Assembly (NCBI GenBank): GCA_965644265.1
Contig: OZ286459.1
Location: 99,386,001 to 99,450,000, forward strand
From: Glycera tridactyla
Lineage: Eukaryota
DNA: 64,000 nt
Direction of reading: 5' to 3'
Part shown: one piece after another, positions 51,764 through 64,000 of the stretch
Layout of the letters: every line of letters begins with the position of its first letter
Position numbering within the stretch: the stretch's first letter is position 1
Made by a program: the position numbers and the translations under genes
Notes under the pieces: generated by a model
Database searches by the model: none
Told to the model about the DNA's origin: nothing
The model's input: only the letters and a program-made list of their open reading frames with translations

Positions 51764-52992
51764 CCGTATATATATAGTTAAACCTGTCTTGGGAGACCGC
51801 CCCAAATGCCAACCAAAAGTGGTCTCTCAAGACAGGTGGTCTCTCATTGAAGATATATTTGACTATATCAAATAGAGAAGAGCCGATAATGAGCGGTCTC
51901 CCAATAGAGGGTGGTCTCGCAAAAGAGGGGTCTCCCAAGACAGGTTTCACTGTACTCGCATATAAGCCTTCTCCGCGTATAAGCCGGGGGTACGATTTCG
52001 CCTCCGATAGTCAGGTTTTAGTCAATTGCTTGTATATAAGCCTCCCCGCTGATTTTGCTGGTTGAACATGTGAATTTCAGCGAGTCAACTAGTGACGAGT
52101 GCCGTCTAAACACAGCTATTGTTGGTTCATTCGCGCCTTCATACTTCAATGATTCCCGGGTACACTCCATGTTGAGGCGATCTCCGCCACTGAAAACACA
52201 TTTCAAGGCCGAAAGAGCACATATTTCGCAATGAAAACGAAAGGCTGGCTTCACCAATAGTGATTTGAGAGCCATTGTTTGATCATGTGACGAGACTAGC
52301 ATCCCCAGATGAAAGGGATACCCCAGAAATACGTCACATACTGCTCCGATAAATTATGCAAATTGGCTTTCTTCTTGCTATTGATCATGTGATCCGATGC
52401 TGGTCGAAATGGCGGAACACAATCATATGGTTATACAAGCAGAGTTTTCATCATGTTTCTGGCGATTTTCTCCAAAACGATCATCTAACGTGAGATCAGA
52501 GTCGATAATTGTTGCATGTGGGACTATCAATTGACATCCAACCATATATTTGGCGTTTCGAGAGCGATCATGGGTCAACAAAAAGATCATTTTCAGCATA
52601 AGTCTGTCAACCAGCAAGTGTTTCGCAATGGCGTCTGTACTAATGATAGATTCCGTGTTATTGAAATATTAATTTCTCAAGAACCACTTGATGAATTGAC
52701 TATGGCTTATGGCATGATAAATATAATAATATTGCTGACAAATGTTTCAAATCGATGAACTTTTTTTTGTTGAGGAACCTTGTTAAATTTGATGACATTT
52801 GCACGTATTTTTGTTGGTTTCTTTTGAAATCCAAGATGGCGGCGGCCGCTAGCGAGGCCCTACCAACTCACGAGTCTTCGTTTACGTTGATATTTTTTCT
52901 GTGACGAAATGTATACTCACATATAAGCCGCCCCCCTCTTTCGCCCTGATTTTTTGTGGTCAACTAATGGGCTTATATGCGAGTAATTACGG
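51764..52992. mobile_element. Young non-autonomous Tc2/pogo-like DNA transposon (CCGTA termini, TA target site duplication)
   Basis: Left TA|CCGTATATA[MITE]TACTCGCATATAAGCC; right GGCTTATATGCGAGTAATTACGG|TA. Subterminal TATAAGCC repeats, CpG-rich interior, no transposase ORF. Confidence 0.85.
51775..51952 (+). mobile_element. MITE family 3 inserted into the left TIR of the 51764 element
   Basis: TAGTTAAACCTGTCTTGGGAGACC...CAAGACAGGTTTCACTG|TA, flanked by the two halves of the host TIR. Confidence 0.9.
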
Positions 52993-55156
52993 TATGTATC
53001 TTCTTCAGTCAGGGGAATCTATGATATTGTTGCTTTTTGATGGAGAATGTTACCCTTGATTCTCAGTGAAGCGCATAAAAAGTATACACAGGAAACAATC
53101 TCTGTGCGATCATATCAAGATAGTAGACACTGGTAAATTGCTTGTCAGTAGAGAATGTCTTGCTAACCACATCCGATTGTTTGTTAACTTCGCTCAAGCT
53201 CAAATTGTATGTTGAAGTGGCCATGTGCTGCTTGAGCGCTTGTTACCCACACGTTCTATGCCTTCCAGGCACAGGCGGCAATTATATCCATCCATGGTAA
53301 CCGACTAAATTATGGTAAATTACAGAGGAGCGATGGGTCTTTTGACGGAGCCTAAGAGAGTGATTATGATGGAGCTGACGGCCACTACCCAAAGGTGTTG
53401 GTATTTTGCCATGTTATCACCTCATTATTCCCATTGAATCCACCCAAACATCCTTTGGCATACCCAGCTTTACCTAGAGTGTCTCATCACTGAATATACT
53501 CTCATCTTGTGAGTTTTTTCAACACAAAATAAAACAACTTGATAAAGCTGGTCAGTCTATTGGCCTTTCTAACTTGTCACTGCTCACTATCTATTCAGCC
53601 CAATCTTTATGTTATGTTTACCAGAGTTGAAATTCCTGTGATAAGTAATCATATGCTGTAGCGGATATAAATAGACAGGGGGGGGGGGGGGGGGGGGTAG
53701 GGAGGTGATGAAATTCCATACTGTAATGACCTCTTCACTCACTGAGGCCACAAGTCATACGAGGCAACCTTTTCTCATTATCCGGTGGCCTTTGTAGACG
53801 GTATACAGCAAAATAGCACTGGTAAGCAAGCAATTATGCCACAGATAGCTCAATTACGCAAGTTTCAGTAATGATATATCCTCAAGATGTCCTTGTGATA
53901 TTTTGGTTTTTTGACACAGTGATTTTTGGAGCAATTTTATGATGAATATGATGTGAGCAAAGACCTGAAAATTGCAACAAAATCGGGAGTTTATAGTTTG
54001 TTAGCGTGGCAAAACAAAAATCTGCAAGCTGTGGTCACCATCATACATCAGTCCAGCATGAAGGCGCTAATGAGCAAAAATTATTCTGGGCTGAAAAATG
54101 CCATGTCATGCTTGCACATAGGTGAAAAATACAAATCACCGACCGGTCATCCAACTCAGATTTATGCACAAGACTGGGGCTACTATTAATTGTATCATTC
54201 CCTCGATGAATTTGAATCAAATCATAGTGGAATTACATATTTGGCTGGCAAACATGGTCATTCACTAGAGGTAATCACACATCGCCTGGCCATTCAAACC
54301 AGTTTTTAACTTGACTTGAAAGGGAAAATATTCCCCGATTCACCTGCTCCTTGGGGAGGGGTGGAACAAAGTTAAGATTGTGAACATCTGAGTGCAATTA
54401 GATGATATATAGTCTCATAAGCAACCACACAATAGGGCTTTCATACCTGTCAAAAGAGACCACTTTCATGGAGCAGGCAGGCTTGGGCAGTATATCTCTA
54501 CCAATGATGTTGAAATGTGGTATTACAAATCAGGCCCACAATGAAACCTATGATGGACCTGCGTTCTGTAGAATCTGACAGGTTCTCATCGCCATGACTG
54601 ATGTAAAATATCTCGGTATATAGGCAGGAGGGTGTGTCTGCCCTTGTCCTTGTTGAATATGGGCTCTGTGGAAAACCTAGCAATTTCTTGTTGGAACCAC
54701 TGGGTTTCACTTTTGAGGATACTGACGATTCCAACCTGATTTAGGCCAGCAGACATGAATTGCCAGATGAGTACTGCATTAATTCAAACATAGTATCCTG
54801 GTTTGAACATTGCTGGCATCATTATGGGAAAGTCCATCATAAAATATGCATGTATCTGATTGGATGAGTAATGTGTAAAGGGCACCATGTATCATTCATT
54901 CTCATGTACTTCCAGCGTAGACCATTGAGCACAAATCCTAGGCACAGGCACTCTCCTGCTAATATAGACAAATTCCATCTCCACATGAGCAGAACCAAGC
55001 ATTGAATAAGCCCTAAACATAGCTTCAATGGTCTTCCCAATTCAAGGTTCCCTCCAATTTTCCAATTCTGATATATCCTGTTTGTTTGTTTTTCTGTCCA
55101 TCAAGGAGATCATGTGAGTGACATGGGATTGGGCTCATTCTGGTTTCCAACCAAAT

Positions 55157-55235
55157 TCAAATCCACAAGAAATCAGATGATTTCAGAAAATGTAATTTGT
55201 ACATTTCAATGGTGTATCATGAACTGGAGTTTCAC
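55157..55235 (+). mobile_element. SINE family B body, head eroded
   Basis: TTCAAATCCACAAGAAATCAGATGATTTCAGAAAATGTAATTTGTACATT matches the 44395 copy. Confidence 0.7.
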
Positions 55236-55609
55236 CTATCCAAATTTAGTTTCACTATTACCACATCTGATAATTTGGAGAACCTACATTCTAGTATATA
55301 CTGGATGTAGAGTGAAGAAGTAGGGTGAAATGGGTAAGATCACTCGGCGCATGAGATGCGGGTAAGATAGCAGCTCACTTGGACATGAGGTCAGTGCTGA
55401 TAGAGGAGGTCTGGTCAATGAGGCAAATGACCACTGGGTCNNNNNNNNNNNNNNNNNNNNNNNNNNNNNNNNNNNNNNNNNNNNNNNNNNNNNNNNNNNN
55501 NNNNNNNNNNNNNNNNNNNNNNNNNNNNNNNNNNNNNNNNNNNNNNNNNNNNNNNNNNNNNNNNNNNNNNNNNNNNNNNNNNNNNNNNNNNNNNNNNNNN
55601 NNNNNNNNN

Positions 55610-55730
55610 CAAATCCCAGACAAGCCAAAAAATAATTTGGGCATTTGGAACACATTTCATGGACCTGTTGCCAGTACAATCTGGAAATATGTCTCTGACA
55701 TGATTTCTATCACTAAAAAAATGTGTGTGA
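55610..55730 (+). mobile_element. SINE family A copy 1 (head hidden by the N-run)
   Basis: Near-identical to 55903-56022. Confidence 0.8.
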
Positions 55731-55826
55731 ATGTGAGTGCCAGGTTTCGTGATACATTGACCTCTGGGGGTAACACACTGCCGGCGCTCTGGCTTAACTG
55801 CCTCCATTGCAGATCCATTTTTGTGG

Positions 55827-56013
55827 ATCGGCCGTGGGGCAGGGGACAAGAGCGTTGGCAGTTTGTTGCTGGCGAGGGTGCCAAACTGGAAGGTTGATGG
55901 TTCAAATCCCATACAAGCCAAAAAATAATTTGGGCATTTGGAACACATTTCATGGACCTGTTGCCAGTACAATCTGGAAATATGTCTCTGACATGATTTC
56001 TATCACTAAAAAA

Positions 56014-56057
<44 letters not shown>
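55827..56057 (+). mobile_element. SINE family A, near full length, with (TG)n tail
   Basis: A-box-like GTGGGGCAGGGG, B-box GGTTCAAATCCC, conserved body, then (TG)n at 56015-56057. Confidence 0.82.
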
Positions 56058-56058
<1 letters not shown>

Positions 56059-56665
56059 TGTGCACACATGCACGAACACACATGTTAATATACATTTGTT
56101 ATGAGCATGCAAACACAAGTAAGCAATCAGTGACTATTGGCCCGAGTGTGTGAGTCTTTCTTCAGAATCCATCTCCACACTCACTGTGAGAATAGGGGTT
56201 GCAGAAATCTCACTTAAAGCCCATCACCCCTGACTGCTGTAATACTGGAAATAAAACCAGAAGGTAAGATAAGGGGGCGTGTTGGAAGAGAAGAGTTATT
56301 GGCGAGGGCGTGATGGCATTATTATTATGGATAATGTCAATGCTAAGAATAATGGGTTGCCAAGGAATGAGAGCCATCATTTCTTCACACGGGAAGCAGC
56401 ATCATCAGTTCTTGACACATCCCTGGTGTCAACATGGCTTAGTCTATCTTCAATTGGGTAATCAACCAACTGATCTAATTACAATTAGATTGGCATGCTC
56501 AAATTCAGATCTAAGCCCTTCAATCCTGGGTGTAAATGGTCACATTGGGAAACAATTGCCACCAAAAAGCCATTGATTACTGCCACATTGGTGATGATTC
56601 ATGTCAAAATTCACAGATTGCATAATGTATTGTTTCACCTATGTCAAACATGCTCAAGTGTAAGA

Positions 56666-56855
56666 TTGTTTGTTTGTTTGAGGTTTAACTGCATGTATCA
56701 ACCCACAGGATTATGTATGCGGGTGTGTTGCTGGTCAAAGAAAGCTAGATGTTCTCTCCCCTGCAGACATCACTCTCACAATCCTTGAACACAAGATGAT
56801 GGGGAACCTGAAAGGTTGTCAAGTGGAAGTAGCTGACGGTTCAGACACACCTCTA
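56666..56855 (-). mobile_element. Family C retroposon-like copy
   Basis: (TTTG)n GAGGTTTAAC...GAAAGGTTGTCAAGTGGAAGTAGCTGAC. Confidence 0.8.
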
Positions 56856-58741
56856 ACTGCCCGTACACAAAAAGGACAGATTGAACCAGACGATGGCAAA
56901 TCTAACTATGTAACTGGCTTGAAGCTAACACTCAAGCCTGATTGCTATGGTTTTTTTTTTGCAAAGCGCTCAAATGTAAGCAACAAAGTTCCATATTTTA
57001 TCCAGTCTGCAAAAGAGACCTGAATTAAACATCCTTATTCCATCTTTCAGTTATTGATGAATTTCTGCAATTGAGATTAATCCGTTTGTTTTGATATTGA
57101 ATCTATACAAATGTTTGACCAATTGTTGTGCCTCGAGATATGCAAAGAGCTCACAAGATTTCTGCACACAAAACATGGCAGGTTGGAGAGATAATTAGAT
57201 GCAGTTACAGCATTAAATAAAAGTTAAGATTAATATATAAAATACACTATCTTGATGGAGCCATCAGTGGCATGTATCTATGTGGCATGTTCATGGATGC
57301 ATGCAGTATCAGCAACACACACGCAATATAAACAAGCAGGAAATCTTCATATATACAAGGGAATCCGGGTAATCAGTGACCATCAGTAGCCATGCCCTGG
57401 AGGCTGGGAGCCGAGCCGAGATGCCGACACACACGGACACAAGGTCATCACCACAAACACACTTATGTGTTCAGAGATGACAATCTGGATGAGCTGATAG
57501 TTTGTGTCAAACATCCAAACTGCAAATTAGCTCTGGCAACAGAGCAGCCAATGAGTGGGGGAACTTGGTCTTCACTTGAACTCATCAGCTGACAAGTTAT
57601 TTTCGTCCCTAGTTGTAAAAAGTGATACGGAAATCACCGATTGTGGTCATCACTCACAGCTGATGCTCATCTGAAGCAATCTCAAACTACAGGTAATGAA
57701 ACTCAGAATAAAACCCAATACTGGAACCAAGTTGATCGATCTCAAATCACTCCAATAAATGTGGTTGAATGTACTTGTGTATGCACCTACGTATATTTGA
57801 GGTATTTGTTTAGCCGCTCATATGAATCAACATGCCTGATCCTCAGGTGTGATTTAGTGGATGTACATCAGTATGAGATTTGGGTATTGCATACAACAAA
57901 TCTGTTCTCAATGAACAGTGTGAAAATTCAGTCCACCTTGCTGTATTGCATGGAATCGTCCCCATCCTTTCTATTTCCAGGGATCCACATGGAGCTCTTT
58001 CCTTCGAGTATCTCTCAAGCTGTTGAAGTGAAATTGTTACCTTCCAAGGCAGGAAAACATAAAATAAATCAACTTGCACACTGGAAATCGACCTGCCCTG
58101 CTTATATGTACACATATCATTTATGAGCAATTTCTACCTGCTCACCAAGACAGGCTGAATATCCCATAATGGTCACATTATATGACTGTATGTACCGTGT
58201 GAAAATAAAAGTATTTGAATTTGAATAAAATGTATTTGCCCCGGGCAGGTGGGCAGCTATCTTTTCTCAACCTGCCTTCGCTCCTGAATATTTTCACCTG
58301 ACTCTCTCCATATGATTGTAAACTAAATGATAGCTGTGGACTTCCAGATCAGGTGTTTGCCAACCTCTATAGCCCAAGTATAATGGAATCAATAGTAACC
58401 TTGCAGTCAACAGGTATATCCATTCACCTTAGACAAGGTCAATGACATGTCAATAGCAAACCAACCCATTGCTCCTAATATAGGATGGAATAAATGACCA
58501 TTCTCTCTGCTTACAATCCCATGCCATATAAATAATTAAGTGAGCTGCTAACACAAATGATTAGATTCTGAGTAGAATCACCCTAGAGATATACCCCGGG
58601 TATACTAATAAAGCAGGTGATTCAGAACATTCACCAGCCTATTTGAATGCAAATAAAACTCGGAAAGTACAGTTGAAGTCACCTATTAAAGCTTTAACCT
58701 CACTATCCTCTTACTAATATATGATTCCTGTGTACTTTGTA

Positions 58742-58941
58742 TGTTTGTTTGTTTGAGGTTTGATGGCATGTACCATCCGAGAGGATTATGTATGCCGTGT
58801 GTTCCTGGTCAATGAAAGCTAGATGTTCTCTGCCCTGTAGACATCACTTACACAATCCCTGAACAAAAGGCGATGAGGAACCTGAAAGGTTGTCAAGTGG
58901 AAGTAGCGGACAGTTCAGACACACCCCTACCTACTCAACAT
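58742..58941 (-). mobile_element. Family C retroposon-like copy
   Basis: Same body and tail as 56666 and 6346, extending to CTACTCAACAT. Confidence 0.8.
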
Positions 58942-60121
58942 GACGGGTTGCTGTGTAGAATCCATACCGCCCTTTGAATGGATGTACAAATGTGAATGTT
59001 GAGGTATACAGTCAGGTTCACATCAAATTTCATATCTGGCCAGTCCATGCTGATCTTCGTTGACCTTCATCTGAAGTATGTACAACCTACAGTATGGAAT
59101 TAATGGCATGAGCTTAGCACTCTACAATAACCATCACTCCCTGAAAAAAAGTACCTGTTCACACCAGGGTAAAGTAGACTAGAGTGGTAAGGGGGGACCG
59201 CTCCATGCAAAGGTACAGATGGGCAGATTTGGTGAAGGTCTGGTATTGAAAGGTGAAACTGCTCCATTTTGGTCACCCATCCAAGGGGAGCCCTGCTCAA
59301 CATTGTGAAAATAAGGGAAATCATGTATAAAGATGAATCAGTGTGACAGGACCTATTCCACCTACATGTACCTAACAATTCATACAATTAAGGTTCGGCC
59401 AAATGAAGTCAGATTGTATTTCCATCTCATTAGACTAAATCACATAGAAACGAAGCTTTTGAAAGGTTGGTCATATTTCTAATAATCTAGATTGATAAGC
59501 ATTTATACATCAACTAGACAGGAGGGTTATTCTTCCCGCTTCTCATTTAAAGGCGTACAATCCATCATAGAGAGGACTGTGAAGACATTGTCCGGAGGTA
59601 GGCATATATATCACAGGAGACACGATGGCCGCAGGCCCCGGTCTAAATTCATCCCTACATGACCTCCGGCAAGTCATTGACTGTCTTTACCGATAAACTG
59701 ACCGATCAAACCTCATCAGTCAAATGAGTTAGGAATCATCATGTATTACTTGCACACCCTATCATGATCGCAATAAAACCATAATGGAAGCACAATGGAA
59801 AAAAAAAAATTGTTTGAATCGAAAGAAGGAAACATAAGCGATCTGCCAAATAATGCACCATACCCAATGCAAGGAGGTTAGAGCCTCAGAAGACAAACGC
59901 ATCTGAGTAAGAACAATTCTTTGAACTGATCATTATACATCCACCCTACAAGCAGTCTTGGTCCTTCAACTGCTGGTAATTGTTTTAAAGAATCATTCCA
60001 AAGTCAATATGTATTTAACATGAATCATCATGGAACAAAGAGCATGGTGCTGATGAGTGAGGATATGCTACATACATACCACCTTCTGAGGCTACCTGTA
60101 ATGTGGAATGATGATGGAATA

Positions 60122-60301
60122 GAGTAAAACCTGCAACAAGGATGCCAGCAAGAGACCATGACAACTGATCAATTTTTAGATAATTTATCGAGGGGAAGCT
60201 TTTCTATCCAACAGTCGAATATACCCCAGTGAGAGACCATCTCTTTTGAGAGCTCACATTTTGATGAGATAAAGAGTGATCTCTCCTCACAGGTTTCACT
60301 G
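60122..60301. mobile_element. Degenerate MITE family 3
   Basis: AGTAAAACCTGCAAC start, GAGAGACCATCTCTTTTGAGAG block, CAGGTTTCACTG|TA end. Confidence 0.6.
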
Positions 60302-60887
60302 TATAGCAGTTGCTGGCCAACCAGAAGACCGGTGAAAGGTGGATGGTAGTGAGTAGAATATCAAGGAGGCTATAGTTGATGAGGGATACCATACTCACCA
60401 TCTCATTGTATATTCATTGCTTTAATAAAAGCCACAGCTTGTTGTGAATAGTTCCCTTGAGCAATTGTCCATAGCACAGACAAAAATATGCTACATTTGT
60501 ATGCAATAATTCAGCATCCCGCATGGGCCCTGTACTGATTGCCTCATGATCTACATCCATCTTTTCACACAGATATGCGCCATATTTTTCCACATATATT
60601 TCTTGTCTTTGTTCGGGTTGTCAGATGAAGTAATGACTTCTAAGGATTGCCAAATGAATTATTTCTGATCCCTAGACCAATTCAAATCTCATGTGTTGAC
60701 ATGCTTTCGAGTGATTATGGTTATTTAGTGATATTCTTGGCTCAAAAAGGTGGTGGAACAGCCCAATATTGAAAACTCATGTAGAATCAATTTTGAGTGA
60801 GGAAAAACCTGCTGGTGCTTTCATGTACATTGACCTATCTACGTATGACTGCTGCACACAAATCTATCATATATAACCTGTATTCAG

Positions 60888-60995
60888 CAACCACTCTCGA
60901 GAAGAATTCTTGAGACACTGAGAAGATCTACTGATGATGAGGGTGAAAGAAATGAGATCACCAAAAACACACTTGGCATGGAGATGGAGCCCCAG
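60888..60995 (+). other. Candidate 108-nt exon
   Basis: TTCAG| ... CAG|GTGGGA; phase 0-0 open frame QPLSRRILETLRRSTDDEGERNEITKNTLGMEMEPQ with protein-like composition; splice signals only moderate. Confidence 0.2.
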
Positions 60996-62210
60996 GTGGG
61001 ACGGGAGTGGGTGTGCTGGCTGAGATTTATAGGGCATTTCAACAAAGCTGNNNNNNNNNNNNNNNNNNNNNNNNNNNNNNNNNNNNNNNNNNNNNNNNNN
61101 NNNNNNNNNNNNNNNNNNNNNNNNNNNNNNNNNNNNNNNNNNNNNNNNNNNNNNNNNNNNNNNNNNNNNNNNNNNNNNNNNNNNNNNNNNNNNNNNNNNN
61201 NNNNNNNNNNNNNNNNNNNNNNNNNNNNNNNNNNNNNNNNNNNNNNNNNNNNNNNNNNNNNNNNNNNNNNNNNNNNNNNNNNNNNNNNNNACTTAATATC
61301 ATCAATCAGATGAAGGAATGAATGCCAGCAACCCAACCTCTCCATGGCAGAGATTTACTTGTGGGATCTTTCCTCTTGGCAAAATAGCAGCGATGCTCTG
61401 CTTCTTCTCAATCAAACTGAGATCTCTCAGGCAGTTTAATTGAACCAGGAAATAAGTGATGCCTCACATTTATCAGCTGCTTTCCTATTGGTTAGACTGA
61501 TTTATGGTGCTCAAATTGTAGGGTTTGCTCATCCTATGTGAGCACCAATCACCAGGGCTGTATCCCAAGACACCAGTGACAATGTTCTTCATTGTTAGCA
61601 AACGCTTGACCCATGTATGCCAAAACTTCTGGTCAGCAGAAATAGATAGATCATCTTGTATGGATGATATCTATATAAGGCCTCATCCTCTTTAAAAAGA
61701 TTCTTCAGTTGCAGTCAATCACCTAATGAGTCATTCTGTTTGTCCATCTGTCCATCAGTCAGTCTGCCCATCATTCTGAGCTCTGCCAGACCCAACCCCA
61801 ACAAGCATTGGTTCGACCTCTTTGGATATTGGCGTGTATATATTGGCCTCCATAAGCTGAACTACTGTTATTCCATATCTCCCACTACTGGAATATGGGA
61901 GTAAACAGGGAAACTTTCAGCTCTGACAGTATTCTATGTTCATCATTACAGAAATGACAGACTCTGATTGGAAGAGAAATTCATGGTATCTCCATTACCC
62001 AGTCTACAGTATCAATCAATGAAGTGAAACCTCCAAAAACATTGAGAATCATTTTTTTGGCTCCATTATCATTTTCCAAAACAAAAAGCAAGAAACACAG
62101 TGTTGCTCCTAGTCATAAATTGACTGTCAAGTCATTCGGTTTACAATAATGTCTTCATCAGGACATTGTACTTCTCAAAGAATGTAAACTAGGTGAAAGC
62201 TCCATATATA

Positions 62211-62386
62211 CAGTGAAAGCTGGGTTGAGAGACCCCCGACAAGAGACCACCTCTGACGGGAAACCACTTTCTCAAGGCAGCTTTCCTATTAGACATAGGC
62301 AAATATACTTTTGACAAGAGACCACCTATTTTGAGAGACTGCTTTGTGGTGACATTTAGGGTGGTCTCTTGTCACAGGTTTCACTG
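62211..62386. mobile_element. MITE family 3
   Basis: TA|CAGTGAAAGCTG ... CAGGTTTCACTG|TA with GAGACCACC repeats. Confidence 0.85.
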
Positions 62387-62959
62387 TATATGGAAAACAA
62401 ATATTTTGGCTACATCAGCATTTTTGAGAGATGGAAGATGGACTAGAGAGAAAAGGGTTACGTTCCCAGTGGGGAATTGTGAAGGTTGTCATCAGAAGAA
62501 AATTAGGTCTCTTCAAAAATAGACTAAGTGTGGTAAAGTGTGTGGTGGAGAGATGGGGGTTTGGTGGCGTTTGGTTGGATACATCCTCCTTCATGGATAC
62601 AGTGGCGCAGCGACCAATCCGAGGAGCAGGTGTGTGAAGTGCTGCGGGCATACAGCTGGCTATCTTTACATCCCGGCTCACATCCGGGTCACCCGCCCTC
62701 ACATTCTCCAAGTGATGAAGCAATAAAATCACAGGTCAGACTGAACTCGCCACGGAGCAAGAGTGAAAGGCATAAAAAGAGGCCCTATAAAGGATGACCA
62801 TTAAAATGAGTGCCTATGACATTATATCAATCTACTGCACAGGAAATATTTCTCTTCCCTCGAATTCTGGATCAGATTGTTATTTCCAATGATTTATTAC
62901 ATTGAATACCCATGAGAAATAAAAAGAACCATGAACAGCCAATGCAAAGGGTAGAAGTA

Positions 62960-63137
62960 CAGTCAAACTTGCTTGAGAGACCACCTCTCTGAAAAGGCTA
63001 CTTGCCCATATAGGTCACCCTGAGCAGCAACTGTGACAGTATTTTCGACAGTAATTGACCTCTCAAAAAAGGCCACCAGCATAGATGAATGCCACTTTTT
63101 GATGCAACCAAAAGTGGTTTGTAGACTGATTCAACTG
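62960..63137 (-). mobile_element. MITE family 1
   Basis: TA|CAGTCAAACTTGCTTGAGAGACCACC...GCCACTTTTTGATGCAACC...TTCAACTG|TA. Confidence 0.82.
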
Positions 63138-63482
63138 TATTCATTGATATTCAAGCTACGTGTTTCTAGCACTTTGAATTTCAGAGCCCTGGAGAGACCT
63201 CTGGTGGCCAAGCCAAGATTCGGGGAATTATTTTTCATGTCAAGCCAACTCCATCAATAGCTTCTCAAAGACAAGCAGTAGATCAAGAATTGATACATGA
63301 CCTCTCAAGGGATATTCACCAAGCTGATAGAGAGCAGAGATCACACACAGATGTTAGCTGTACATAGAACCATAATATTGAGACTAATTCCCCATGGACA
63401 ATCAAAGGGGCTTTACATTATCGTGATTATTGTTAGAAACTGCATTAAATCTCAAGTTCAAGACAGAACTTGGGAAGTTATG

Positions 63483-63662
63483 CAAAACTTTCTGTTCTAA
63501 GCAATCACCCTTGGAGGGGCCAAAAAGTGCTTAGGACAGGTGGCTGTTTAGGATAGGTACATTACAGTGAGAGAAAAAAAAACCTGCGGTGGACAATTCA
63601 AAATTGGCTACATAAGACAGGTGGCTGCTCAGTACAGTGGCAGTGCAGAGCAAGTTAGACTG
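63483..63662. mobile_element. MITE family 2
   Basis: Shares AAAAAAACCT.CGG.GG..AATTCAAAA.TGGCT and the GTTAGACTG|TA end with 40314-40458. Confidence 0.7.
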
Positions 63663-64000
63663 TACCTTGTATTTGGCTATGAATCAGAAATGGATTTGGA
63701 ATGGAGTACCTACTCCACACTGGAGTTGCCAATCAACTTTATTCTCAACTCCTTTTATTGAATCCTTCATCTTTAACTGTTTTCAACTGCTGCAGCTCAC
63801 CACAGAGATATCCACACTAACTGTTCATGTACCTGCTGGCATGCTTCATTTTTTTGGAAATGGAAATGAATTTCAGAGGAAATTTTCTTAGGCATCCACC
63901 TCCAAGAAGACAAAATTGAGATGATCCCAACCTATGTGCCATGATAGTCCATGTGGTTTCCATTGAGGGAAAAAAGACAACAATAGAACAAACAAACGAT

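Noticed and set aside
57641-58126. Longest non-repeat ORF (161 aa)
   Set aside because: No domain motif and intron-like composition; the length is within chance expectation.
59600-59730. Hammerhead ribozyme or Penelope end (CTGATGAG and MNLDRG on the minus strand)
   Set aside because: No downstream GAAA closing stem II, and the motif order is inconsistent with a Penelope pLTR.

Overview
AT-rich eukaryotic genomic DNA (roughly 40% GC by eye) from a draft assembly with ten N-runs of about 150-460 nt. It is most likely an invertebrate animal, inferred from the repeat types and mosaic CpG depletion. I recognise no protein-coding gene, rRNA, intact tRNA or CRISPR array. The long ORFs in the track are gap, microsatellite or minisatellite artefacts, or are of chance length. 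The window is dominated by about 35 TA-flanked Tc1/mariner (pogo/Tigger-like) MITE copies of at least three families, several nested in each other. It also holds two young CpG-rich non-autonomous DNA transposons, three SINE-like families, fossil CR1/L2-type LINE fragments, microsatellites and six long G/C homopolymers. Two minisatellites stand out: a 62/78/81-bp array with higher-order structure (22.9-23.6 kb) and a 21-bp heptad-coding-like array (25.4-26.1 kb). A CpG-rich block at 26.4-28.8 kb carries CCAAT, E-box, YY1, NRF1 and CTCF-type motifs arranged like two promoters facing each other. Several minus-strand polypyrimidine-CAG|GTRAG sites resemble recursive splice points, suggesting that much of the window is long intron. 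I found no clearly new multi-gene system; the leads are non-coding or architectural.
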